A stretch of 32,821 bases of DNA from Priapulus caudatus (lineage: Eukaryota). Made by a program: the position numbers and the translations under genes. The notes below the pieces were generated by a model. That model had not been told where the DNA came from, ran no database searches, and was given only the letters and a program-made list of their open reading frames with translations. Each line of letters begins with the position of its first letter. Within the stretch, counting starts at the first letter, position 1. The stretch covers positions 900,200 to 933,020 of the forward strand of contig NW_014577080.1 of NCBI RefSeq assembly GCF_000485595.1, written 5' to 3'. Of the stretch, positions 1 to 10,979 are shown piece after piece.

Positions 1-127
1 GTATGTATGTATGTATGTATGTATGTATGTATGTATGTATGTATGTATGTATGTATGTATGTATGTATGTATTGTCATTAAGTATATTTCGGATCATAGA
101 TACGGTCATAGCGGAAGCACCGTACCG

Positions 128-158
<31 letters not shown>

Positions 159-250
159 ATGCATGTATGTATGTATGTATGTATGTATGTATGTATTGTC
201 ATTAAGTATATTTCGGATCATAGATACGGTCATAGCGGAAGCACCGTACC
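1..250. repeat. (GTAT)n/(GCGT)n microsatellite with a tandemly duplicated 56-bp unique unit
   Basis: (GTAT)n at 1-70 and ~161-195, (GTGC)n at ~127-158; ATTGTCATTAAG...GCACCGTACC occurs at 71-126 and 195-250. Confidence 0.9.
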
Positions 251-1521
251 ATTGCTAAGTGCCGAGTGTTGTGCACAATGATACACCCGAGTAAATGTAC
301 TGCCACTACTCATTCCTGATCAGTATCGCGGTATTGTAAACCGTCCTGTTTAGTGCGCCATAATTCTACCTTATAAAGAAAACAATAATTAAATTTCTCA
401 TCCCAATAATCCTAATATTGCAACCATGTGCTAAATGCAGACAAATCCACCTAATACCTAAATATGGCCAGGTGCTAAACCTTAATTATATTACGATGTT
501 TGACTCGTTAATCGGATGTTGGCTAACACGTCAAGGCATCAGGTTCCATTGCCACTTCTTTCCATCACCCTCAAGCCTTCGTTGTCACGAGTTGTTTTCG
601 GGAATAATAGTACGGGCTGCGAGTAACCGATCCTCCAAGTATTAGATCCGTTTAGGGATAGCCTGAATAATATTGACCCAACCACTATATGTTTGAGCTG
701 TCAGGCGCTTATATTCGCAGTAACGAGCGAATATAACAGGTAATGTGATCGTCAACAATCCAAACACAAGGTCGGCCTTACCTTATAAACAGGATCTTAC
801 AACAGCCACGAAAAACACACATTGGCCGCTACGACAAACATACCGAACACTATAAAAGCCAAAAACTGGGTTATAGGAATCAATACCTAGTTCCTAGGGA
901 AAGTTTGCTGTTCTAAGAGTGATCACAACATAGCCTAGACGACCACTATATTACACGGTCACAAGTGAAGCACCTCTGTGGAGTTTTCTATAAATAAGGT
1001 ATCACTGACGTAATAAATATATTGTAAACAGGTAGTTTACATAAGTTTTAAGAATGCAAACTCCTATTTAAAATTACATTGCCAGCAGATTATTCTTATA
1101 ATAACTATAGCTTGGGCAGCAAAAGCAGGCTTAATGGAGCTGTGTGAAACACGAGTCTTCCACGTCCAGGGTCTTTGCGCATGAAACACAACAGCTAATG
1201 TTGTTATTGTTTATGCATGTGGTAGCAAGACTAGAGCGTACACGATTTCTTCACACGATTCGTGCAGCTGAGCTCGAGGTCGCTCTGTCTGCCTTAGAGA
1301 TGGGTTCAGGTGCTACCATTCCCTTGCTAAAATTGGACACGCCGATCGAGATGTGTGAAACACCGTGCGGCCTGCAGCGGATTCACACTATCTGCGCTAC
1401 TGCGTAGACATATTAATTACCGACATCGTCAGGCTGTTTATTTAGAGTTCTGTTCTATAAACGGGTAGGATCTGCTAGGTTCTCTCTCGGCCAGCCGATT
1501 CGAATAGGTAAATTAAGCGCT

Positions 1522-1556
1522 TATATAAAGGAACGCGAAACGTCTAGAGTTTAGTC
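1522..1556 (+). promoter_or_regulatory. RNA polymerase II core promoter (TATA box + initiator) of the GH8 gene
   Basis: TATATAAAG at 1522-1530; TTAGTC (Inr-like, TCAGTY type) with its A at 1553, ~30 bp downstream; followed by a splice donor at 1601. Confidence 0.65.
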
Positions 1557-1600
1557 CTGTGCCTGCGTGTTCGTGCATCGTTCGTTGAAGTCTTCTGTAC

Positions 1601-2018
1601 GTAAGTTCTTCTTAAGCTGTTGGCTTAGGGTTTTGCTACTCTGTCTTGATTTACTTTGCTACTTTCTAATCTTGTATCTATCTCTTCTCGAAGATTAATT
1701 CTTATATTTCTTAACGTGGAATTTCTTCACATCTGTTGTAAGAGTATTCACTCGCGCTAGCTTGTCTTGGCACCTACTGTACTATCGTGTTAACCTATTG
1801 TTACAGAATTTCCTTGTAATAAATCTATCTTTCGTAGCACTGTCTTCTCTTGTGTTCTTGTAATTATTAAGTGTTAACATTTTTTACGCACTTTAGTGTA
1901 AGACGTATAAGCACGCTTACAATATATAAAAATATAATTTAAGAATTTTACCGTTTCTTCGTGCATGATCACGAATGAAAATGTACATTAATGTGTTTGC
2001 GTTTGTTCTCGGTTGTAG
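1601..2018 (+). other. Predicted 5'UTR spliceosomal intron of the GH8 gene
   Basis: Consensus donor GTAAGT at 1601-1606, AT/T-rich body, branch-like CATTAAT at 1986-1992, T-rich tract and TAG acceptor at 2016-2018, 6 nt before the ATG at 2025. Confidence 0.65.
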
Positions 2019-2024
2019 GTAATA

Positions 2025-3968
2025 ATGGCAAGATCGGTTCTTTGCTTTCTAATGCTGGCTGGCTCGTTGCTGACAGCAGTCAACGCCGGCTGCTCGGTTC
2101 AGAGTAACTGCTGGAGTACAGGCTGTACGGTCCAGGTTAACACGGACCCCTGGACTCCCAACGCCGTCGAGAGCTTCACGTTCACGAGCGACTACGCCAC
2201 CGTTTCGGACGAGATATGGAACGCGATATTGATCGATCAGAATGGCAAGACGTACACCGTAAAGCTGGCATCGTACTCGACGAATCTCTGGGGCTTCAAC
2301 GTCAGGGGTGTGAGCGAGATCCCACAGGTAAGCTGCGAGGGGAGCGCACCAAGCACACCGTCGCCAACGACTTCGCAAACCACACCGCAAACCACACCGC
2401 AAACGACGCCGAAAACGACGCCGCAAACGACGCCGCAAACCACACCGCAAACGACGCCGCAAACGACGCCGCAAACGACGCCGCAAACCACACCGCAAAC
2501 GACGCCGCAAACGACGCCGCAAACCACACCGCAAACGACGCCGCAAACGACGCCGCAAACGACGCCGCAAACGACGCTGCAAACCACACCGCAAACGACG
2601 CCGCAAACCACACCACAAACGACATCGCAAACAACACCGGAAACGACACCGCAGGCGTCGAGTACAACGTCGCCCGGCAGCGGTATCCTGCTTCCGACCG
2701 TAAGCCTCCAGTCGAGCTTCAGTCGCATGATCGAATTCAGTAACACCCTCACTACGATCGTCGACAGCGCCTCTAGCGCCCGAGCCGTCCACAGTAGCGG
2801 TGGCGCTGCCGGCGGGGTCGTCTCCGAGGGTCAAGGGTACGGACTTTTCATCGCCGCCTCCGTCGCTGCCACGACGTCGGCTGGCGAACGCGATACGGCG
2901 CTCAGTTACGCCTTCGAGATATTCCGCGGCTGGAAGAGAATGTGCGAGCTGACGGACCAGAGTAGTTGCCAGGGTGGTGGCTACATCTGCGAGGGTAACC
3001 CCTGCCTGCCCAACTGGAAGTTCGACGACAATATCGCGGGAGCGCTTGGCACCGGTGCGGCGGCGGACGGGGACGCGGACGCTATATTGGGAATGATCAT
3101 CATGGTGGAGACATCTGCCGGTGAGGTACGTTCGTGGTGGAACGAGATCGCAAGCTGGGCTTACCAGAGCTGCAAGGCTTTCATGGATTTCAACACGATA
3201 CTAGATTTGTCCGGAACGAAGAGGATTATGCGACTTGGTAGCTGCTGGGGAGGTTGGGACTGCGCGAATCCGTCCTACTACGCACCGGCGCACTACCGCG
3301 TGTTCAGAGATTACATGTTGAAGTACGCCAGCACATACGCCACGACAAGCGAAGGACTCGATTACAGCACCAAGTGGAACGACCTCATCAACAACGTCTA
3401 CCTCGTCTTAGAAGCCAATCAGTGTTCTTCGACCGGACTGACGACTAACTGGTTCGTTCCGTCTCAGTCCGACCCATCTAGCGGTGGCGCCACTGCCTGC
3501 TCCGGAAGTGGAACACCGGCGGCCGAGTTCGGCTCCGAGGCTTCGCGCGGCATTTGGCGAGTCGCTCTCGATGTCTTCTGGTTCTTGGAGGAAGCTACGC
3601 AGGGCGTCGGTGCCGCCACCTACTCGGCGCGCGTCGCCAACCAGGTCATATCAAAGATGAAGACGACCAACAGCAGCTGCCTCTCCACGCACTGCGTCGG
3701 CAACCTGGACACGGGATGCTTCGTCACGTCGATCCACTCCGGCTGGCTGGACAACGCCTTCATGTTCGGGCCAATGTTTTCGTCGCTGCTGCCGCCGCTC
3801 GTCGGCGGAGAAGCGGCCGACCAGCAGCGCGTGCTCGACCTCGCAGCTACGAAGGTCGACTCGCAGAGCATCAGCGATTACTACAGCGGTAGTTGGACGG
3901 CGCTTGCCACGCTCACGCTGTCGGGCGATCTGGCTGCTCTGAATCCCCTACTTTCCGGTTTGATCTAA
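2025..3968 (+). CDS. Secreted glycoside hydrolase family 8 enzyme (endoglucanase/lichenase/xylanase/chitosanase family) with N-terminal CBM2-like module and PQTT linker
   Basis: 647-aa uninterrupted ORF; hydrophobic signal peptide ending VNA-G. GH8 motifs in order: VSEGQGYG (E268), LPNW, AADGDADAILG (D348), NPSYYAPAHYRVF, GLTTNW, FGSEASRGIWRVALD, YYSGSWTALATLTLSG. These parallel Clostridium thermocellum CelA-type motifs (recalled, not aligned by software). Confidence 0.93.
   Translation: MARSVLCFLMLAGSLLTAVNAGCSVQSNCWSTGCTVQVNTDPWTPNAVESFTFTSDYATVSDEIWNAILIDQNGKTYTVKLASYSTNLWGFNVRGVSEIPQVSCEGSAPSTPSPTTSQTTPQTTPQTTPKTTPQTTPQTTPQTTPQTTPQTTPQTTPQTTPQTTPQTTPQTTPQTTPQTTPQTTLQTTPQTTPQTTPQTTSQTTPETTPQASSTTSPGSGILLPTVSLQSSFSRMIEFSNTLTTIVDSASSARAVHSSGGAAGGVVSEGQGYGLFIAASVAATTSAGERDTALSYAFEIFRGWKRMCELTDQSSCQGGGYICEGNPCLPNWKFDDNIAGALGTGAAADGDADAILGMIIMVETSAGEVRSWWNEIASWAYQSCKAFMDFNTILDLSGTKRIMRLGSCWGGWDCANPSYYAPAHYRVFRDYMLKYASTYATTSEGLDYSTKWNDLINNVYLVLEANQCSSTGLTTNWFVPSQSDPSSGGATACSGSGTPAAEFGSEASRGIWRVALDVFWFLEEATQGVGAATYSARVANQVISKMKTTNSSCLSTHCVGNLDTGCFVTSIHSGWLDNAFMFGPMFSSLLPPLVGGEAADQQRVLDLAATKVDSQSISDYYSGSWTALATLTLSGDLAALNPLLSGLI
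2088..2340 (+). other. CBM2-like carbohydrate-binding module (within CDS)
   Basis: C-x-V...W-S-T-G, IWNA and WGF motifs bracketed by terminal Cys, matching the W..GF / WNA / FGF pattern of CBM2; shorter than typical. Confidence 0.6.
2376..2654 (+). repeat. Coding 12-bp minisatellite encoding a (QTTP)n Pro/Thr linker
   Basis: ~23 in-frame units alternating CAAACCACACCG and CAAACGACGCCG. Confidence 0.95.
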
Positions 3969-4766
3969 ATTACGGAAACACCTTAGTGGCTATATCATAT
4001 ATCGTATTGCATCGGCTTTATACTATATATATATATTCCTAGCTGCGTAGTAATACTTAGATATTATGCAACAAAACAGATCAAGTAATAAGAAATCAAT
4101 ATAGAGTATAGTACCTATATTTTTGAGTAGTTTTTATGTAGTATTTTTGTGCGAGTAAGTGGAGAGAGACTCACTACATACGTAATGCATGCGGTATGTC
4201 AGCGCATAGATGTGAATAATTTCAGCGTGGGCAACCGCTCTATAGCTTACGGTATCTGTTTTTGGAGGGTAACGAGTGGTGGTTTTAGATACGTGGCACA
4301 AATTCGCTGAAATGTGAGTGTGTCAGTTGAGTTAATGGTGTACGGTGCGGAGAGATACGTGTACCAGCGCGAAGCGTGTATTCTGTTAAATGACCAGGCG
4401 GCACAGCTAGGTGTATTATTAGTGTCAGAGACATTTAGCACGTCACGTCGTTCTGAGTTAGTAAACTGGATAGTTGTCACCCGTTAGATCTGTTGTTGTG
4501 TTATTTCCTGGTTGCCACATGATATCACGGAACTGTCCACCCGTTGTCACAGTAACTAAAATGTGTAAGAATCCGATATGCTGGCTGATTTACTAATATA
4601 CCTGATATCGATACAAAGCAGTTTGTATGTAATGCATTCAATGGGTAATCAATACGCTGCGCACGTAGCATGACTTTCACTGCGAGAGAACGGTAAGATC
4701 TAGTGTGGGAAGGTCGGGGGAAAAGAGATCAAATGATGCTTTGCGACGTGCGAGAGCGTTCAATAT

Positions 4767-4975
4767 CACTCACTCACTCAATCACTCACTCACTCACTTA
4801 CTCACTCACTCACTCACTCACTCACTCACTCACTCACTCACTCAATCACTCACTCACTCACTTACTCACTCACTCACTCACTCACTCACTCACTCACTCA
4901 CTCACTCACTCACTCACTCACTCACTCACTCACTCACTCACTCACTCACTCACTCACTCACTCACGCACTGACTC
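4767..4975. repeat. (TCAC)n microsatellite
   Basis: Near-perfect tetranucleotide array. Confidence 0.95.
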
Positions 4976-5189
4976 AATCAACCAATCACCAATCAATGAG
5001 TTTGTTTATGAAGCACATGTACACCTGCTCCCAATATACTTAATTATACAATCACTTATAATGTATGTTATTATAATTATTATTATGTTATAATTTTTGC
5101 TAGCAGTTCTCGTCATTGGTCAGTTGAATTAAACTTCGGTAGACATAATGACAAATAAACTAAAAATTGTCGCATGATTATCGACAATA

Positions 5190-5965
5190 CGCCATCACTC
5201 ACTCACTTCACTCACTCACTCACATCACTTCACTCACGCACGTCACATCACTCACCCACTCACCACCTCACTCAACTCTACCTCACTCAACCCTCACTCA
5301 CTCTACCTCACTCAACACCAGCCACGTCACTCATCTCACTCACACACATCACTCATCACTTCACTCACTCACTCATACAGCTCCCTGACCCTCCCACAAA
5401 GTTTCAGACATACAGATACGATGATCCCCAGTCAATCCCTCCTCGCGCAACATTGGGCAGCAAATGGACATGGACGCCACAGCCCCTCATCACACTGCCA
5501 CCCAGATCCCCAGTTCATTAACCTCGCCGATCACCCCCTCGACGACTCATCCACCTCCTCTCACGACCACTTGCACTCCAGCCTCCAGACACCGCCGCAT
5601 CTCAATTCACTCACCCTCAACAGCCCTCCCATCAGCGCCCGCCCGCACCATGCATACGTCTATCATCGTCATCTCCCAGCCCGCTCAGCCCTAGTGGGGA
5701 CAACTCCCGGTGTTTTCTCACCCCCAACTAACTTCCTCACACCACCCATGTAATCAACCACACCGCACAGTCGCCAGGCCCACTCCCGCACCTACCGCTA
5801 CCGACTCCCAGAATCAAACTCAACCTCCCACCACCATCGCCATCCGCATGTTCACTTCTCGTAGCATCCATCACCACTCACTTCTATCCTAGCCCACACA
5901 CAAGCATCACATCTCCCTCGCCGCCAATCAGACGCGCCACACCACACTCACTCACTCACCACTCA
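5190..5965. repeat. Degenerate (TCAC)n-derived, C/A-rich low-complexity tract
   Basis: TCAC units with many indels grading into C-rich noise; probably low-quality read sequence. Confidence 0.7.
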
Positions 5966-6960
5966 CGTCAGAATGCATTACCCTGATAATTGCTCATCCA
6001 AATATGCACGAGAAGTAGGAAAATAAATTTCATGGGTAAATTTTCGGTTAATTACATAAGCAAAACCTGTGATTAGTTAATACAGCATTGAAAAGTAACG
6101 TATTTATTCAAGAAAATTTCGTGTGCCATTCTCCGGACATAATAATTAACCTTAACGGTTAACTTAAAAAAGCACATTTGGTTGTGTTGCGCGTGCTGCG
6201 CGCACATGTGTGTGAACGTATGCCGTATCACGTCTTCGCGCTTGATCGCGCCTGGATGTTGAGGCTTTGCGTGCGAAAAGCAATTGGTAATGCGCGCGCG
6301 GCGCGCGTGTGTGTGGTCGCCGTGCGTATGCGGCTCGTGCGATCGCGATTTAGAGAAAATAAGCACGTATAATATATATTAGCCAGCAGCGTATTTAGAT
6401 TTTAATTAGATAACTTAAATTTATAATTATTAGTATTAATTAGATTAAGTAACATACAGTCTTCAAGTCTTTGCTAATATATATATTATATTATATAATA
6501 GCTGAATCAGAATATAAATATAATAAATAATAATAATAATAATATTATATATATATATATATATTCCAAATCCAGCCATAAAGTGCAGGTATAATTCATC
6601 AGAACCTGTCATCAGGTAGGGTACTAGTACAGAATTGCTGTAATCACAGGTAACTGAAACGTCTCAAAAAAAAAACAAGGTAAATAAACACGAAATATTT
6701 CTAACCCAAAGTCTAATTTCTACTACTCTATTTTCGCTATTATTAGCCGATAAGCACCTTAAAGCCGTCAAATCTCACTACAAACACACAAGTACCACCG
6801 CACACACCTGGCACAACAACATGAATCTTATTATTGTCTTATTCTTATGCTGTTGTACCCAAAACTTGGAATCTTGTCACAAACTAGAATCAGCGCATTC
6901 GTCCAGTTTTGGGCAACCAATCTGCAAATTGCGCAAAAAACCTGTCGGCTCTTACATATT

Positions 6961-7428
6961 TTATACCTCTCCCAAAGTGGTTGGCAGGAGTTAATATTCA
7001 CCGGCGTTTTTGTTGTTTGTGGTTTGTGCGTTTGGTTTGTTGTGACACCTAACTGAAAATGTATGACGGAATGTCATATCCAATTTCCAGGATAGGTCAG
7101 AAATGGCTAACTCGAAAACTGATTTTGTTTGGTGGTGAACCGTCCAATTAATTAATTAATTAATAAATTAATGAAAATTTTAGCTTAGTCAGAAAAATGG
7201 ACAAACTTAGAATTGATACATTTGTGTATCCGGATCCAAAATAATTAATAATAATTAATTAATAAAATTTTCAGGATAGGTCAGAAATGGGTAACTTAGA
7301 AATCGATACAATTTGGTGATCCGGAATACCAATTAAAATTAAATTAATTAATCTAATTAAATAATTTTTAAGCAGTCAACATCAAATGAGCTGCCTGGCG
7401 GAGGTCTGCTCTCACCGATGCCCGTCTG
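6961..7428 (+). mobile_element. Non-autonomous Helentron-associated (DINE-1/HINE-like) element
   Basis: 5' ACCTCTCCCAA (6965-6975) is an imperfect inverted partner of (T)TGGCGGAGGT (7396-7405; cleaner copy at 13060-13070); GTTT-type microsatellite near the 5' end; three ~92-bp internal tandem units (7084, ~7178, 7268); short degenerate 3' hairpin. Confidence 0.55.
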
Positions 7429-8716
7429 CACACACATAACTAAATCCAAGTCCTGATCCTAGACCCTAGTCACTATCTGGACGTGAAGGTGTGCCAGTCG
7501 ACAGACAAAATACTGATACATATGGACTGTGAATCATGATTTACATGACAGTCATTCTGCCTTCGGCTCAGAAAGTCCAACGGACCACCTGACTAATTAA
7601 TTCCAGCACAAATTACGATATTTACCAGATACCAGCAATTGATGTGCAACTGTATTTCACTCTATATATTCGTTCCGCCAACAATGCCCAATAGGTATAC
7701 TGTTAATTGTATGTCTTGACCAACCTGACCATTATTGAAATACTGCGTTGGAGATTAAAGACTGAAGACATAATTGCAGTCTTGAACAGCAATTCGTTTC
7801 CTAACAATCAAACAAAATCATTTATGCATGTCTACAGTACCCACAAACGTTCACGAGAACGCATGTGTGGAACATCTTTAGATGCGATGCCGCATCTTAC
7901 AAGCTACAATACCAACAAAAGGAACGAAGGCTCAACAACTTCCATTGAAGAAAAGTTTCAGACTAAATCTAAATATGGTACTTTCAACTTTCAATAACGT
8001 AACCCCACACCACAAGTATACAATTTCACCAAGAGTACCCAATGATCAGAAACGCCCAAACATTCGCTTACAAATCGCTGAAAACCTCCTGCACAATCTA
8101 TCAGACTCTAACACCCCACCCCACGCCCGATAAACCAGCCCAGCAAACCCTGAAAACGGCACCGATCGCTAGAAACCCCTCTCGGCACCTGCACGAGTGT
8201 AAAACTCGACAAACATTTTTTATAATCTTATATTACGACTATTTTATTAGACAATTTAGTAACTATTCAGAAACTCAGATTAACCCGTTACAGTAACCGA
8301 CATAATATAAATAGACCTTAGTCATTGTTAACTAAAAGATTTCCAACAAATGTATTGTTGTTATTAACAATACAATTTACATATATTATATAGTTTAAGA
8401 AAATGCAGAGTAAATTATGAATAATCTGCTTGATCAAGATTATAATATCCATAAAAAATTACAAGAAAAGAATACAAAGTACTCGACCACAGTGGTTGAA
8501 AATAATTACTCATCGATTTTGTGTGTGTGGACAGCACTGAAAGTGAGCTGAACACTGTTCACGGATGCAATGAGTTCAACGAATCACGGAAATTCACGAT
8601 ATTCGTTGAGTCTTCACGTTTGGGTCGTCTAGAACACTCCCCGGTAAAATGAGGAAATATCGCCCTCCCTGAAAAAGCATCCAGATCGCTTGTGCGGTTT
8701 GCCGGCCATAGGGTAC
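7382..8716. repeat. Block X, copy 1 (copy 2 at 13045-14414)
   Basis: Colinear direct repeat differing mostly by 1-bp indels. Confidence 0.9.
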
Positions 8717-8763
8717 AGATAACATACATACATAACATACATACAACTTCAATATAGATAAGA
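8500..8763 (-). mobile_element. 5' terminal segment of a non-autonomous Helitron-like family (also 14200-14414 and 16590-16863)
   Basis: Minus strand starts A|TCTTATCTATAT followed by (GTAT)n; the same ~260 bp recurs next to different left flanks. Confidence 0.5.
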
Positions 8764-10979
8764 TATGACCTATAATTTAATAATATATATATTTTATATA
8801 TCATTATAATCTCTCCCTTTATAATCATATTAAACTTACAATTACCAACTACCTAACCTAACACATACCTTACCTACCATTACTTCTCACCACAATACCT
8901 AACGTTTTCCTACTTTATAACCGACGTAGGGCGCACGAAAAACTAAATAAAACTGAAATAACCCTAAATACCCAAAGACAACCCCACCTACAGTCACTCA
9001 ACGATTACTCGGTACGATGCCCTCGAAATCCCATGGCTGATAACCAAATCTACGTGCCTCAAACTCCTCCAAGACGCCCCAGTTACAAGCACATCCATAA
9101 CACAAAAACCCCAATGCCGTCGATAACTGAAACGCATAGACAGAGACGACACTGCTGAAAGCGTTGGATCGGGAATCCCGTCTGTTTTTTAATAATTCTT
9201 GTTCTGTATATTCTGTTTATCCATATTACGGTGAGCAAGCAGATGCGTGAAGTCATACACAGCGAACTCGCACAGGGTACTTTGTACGTAACCCACGTTG
9301 GGTGCTGATCCACGCACCAACGCACGTTACGTGCACAAACAGCTCCATCCATGCACGCACCGCATGCACGCACGGACTGCGCATAGCACGCAACGTGACG
9401 TTTCGGCACGCCACAGCACGGCACCGCACCACTCACCACAGCACGTCTACTCACATGCATGCACCACAGCACTCTTCAACGTTACCACACACACACGAAA
9501 CGACGCACGCATACATGCACACACTGTACCTGCACACGCACGCACGCACGCAACGCACAAACGTGAACCTCACACGCGCGCACGCACAGCACGTGTACGT
9601 GCCAACACACAACGAGACGCAAGCACTCACACGCCATCGTGTAAGCACACGCACGCACGAAACGCACATGTAAACACGCAACGCTCGCACGCACGTGTAA
9701 CGTGTACACGCACCACAACACTCATGCACGCAACTGTACTGCCACGCGCCGTATACATGCACATGCACACAGCGCACGACGCACAGCACGCACCACGTTA
9801 CGGCACACACACGGACGCACGCACGCACGTGTACTGCACGCACAAGCTCGGACGCCGCACGCACGCACGTGATACATGCACCACCAACATGCACACACCA
9901 TGCTCCGCACGACCCATGGATTTGGGAGCTATACAGCACAGCTAATATTTCGCGCCGTTCGCTTGATGACTGAGCCAGTCCAGTGATTTCTCAATGCAAT
10001 CACGATTTCATGTGTAGCGAATTACTTCAACCTGAATACGACCGGCTCGAGCCACGTGGGCTAGCAGCAGATTGAAAGGAAAGTCCTGCGGCACCACTTG
10101 ACCTAATAGTTTAATTGACGGTCACCGACTGCAATTCACACCTTTGGGTCACAGACTGTAACGCACTGTTCCCACGGCTGTATATAATCGCGGCGACAGC
10201 TCCAAAGCACACAGAGACAGCTTTGCTCAGTCATGGAAGATCTCGCACCCTCCCACGCTCTCTACTGAGGCGGCTGTCCCCGCCTCTAGCGATCACATTA
10301 GGGTGTTAGCGACTCGGTAGAACTACGGCAAGATACAACAGCCAGGACAAAATCACGTGATTGCCGCTGCTGCCACTTCCTGACCGGCAAGGATACAACA
10401 GCCGGGAGCCAGCTCGGCTCAGCCAGGAAGCTCAACTGCTCGCGCACGCACGCAACGGTAAGTTCGCACGCACCATCGCACGCACATTAAGCGTCCGCAC
10501 GCCACGCAACGCACCAACGCCACGCAACCAGCACGCACGTGAACGTCACTACAAAACAGCGCTTTCTACAGAACATGGGTCATCCATCTGTAAATGTCAC
10601 AAGCATCACGCTTGCTCTGCCAACACACCAACACATAACAAATACACGTTACTTATCTAGACGTCACCGGAAACACGCTATTAGGCTAGCCGCTATGGGT
10701 GTGCATAGTTTCCTAGTGAATTTAGACCGTCTAAAATCAGACGCGCTGGCAGCAATTGATTCCTGCGCCGGCCTTTTCGATTGGCGGCACGATCAGAAGC
10801 TGCCAGCGCGTGATACTTCGTAGTACGCCCCGTCGCGTCACCTTGCCACGAAACTGCGCGCAAATCGCGCTACGGCAGGAATCAACACCTCTCAGGCCGA
10901 CGCCCTCTCTGTAATCCGGTCTCCTATCTGGTCATGTGCTATGTCATCAGAACTCGGTCGACGCATGCACTTATACACA

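Noticed and set aside
2049..2834. Antisense and alternative-frame ORFs over the GH8 5' half
   Set aside because: By-products of the stop-free 12-bp linker repeat and GC-rich codon usage.
2025..3968. Interpreting the gene as bacterial bcsZ/celA in an operon or as a contaminant
   Set aside because: No adjacent operon genes or Shine-Dalgarno context; splice and Pol II signals upstream and eukaryotic repeats on both sides. Read-level confirmation is still needed.
3969..4150. Polyadenylation signal for the GH8 gene
   Set aside because: No canonical AATAAA/ATTAAA nearby; only weak variants, so not called.
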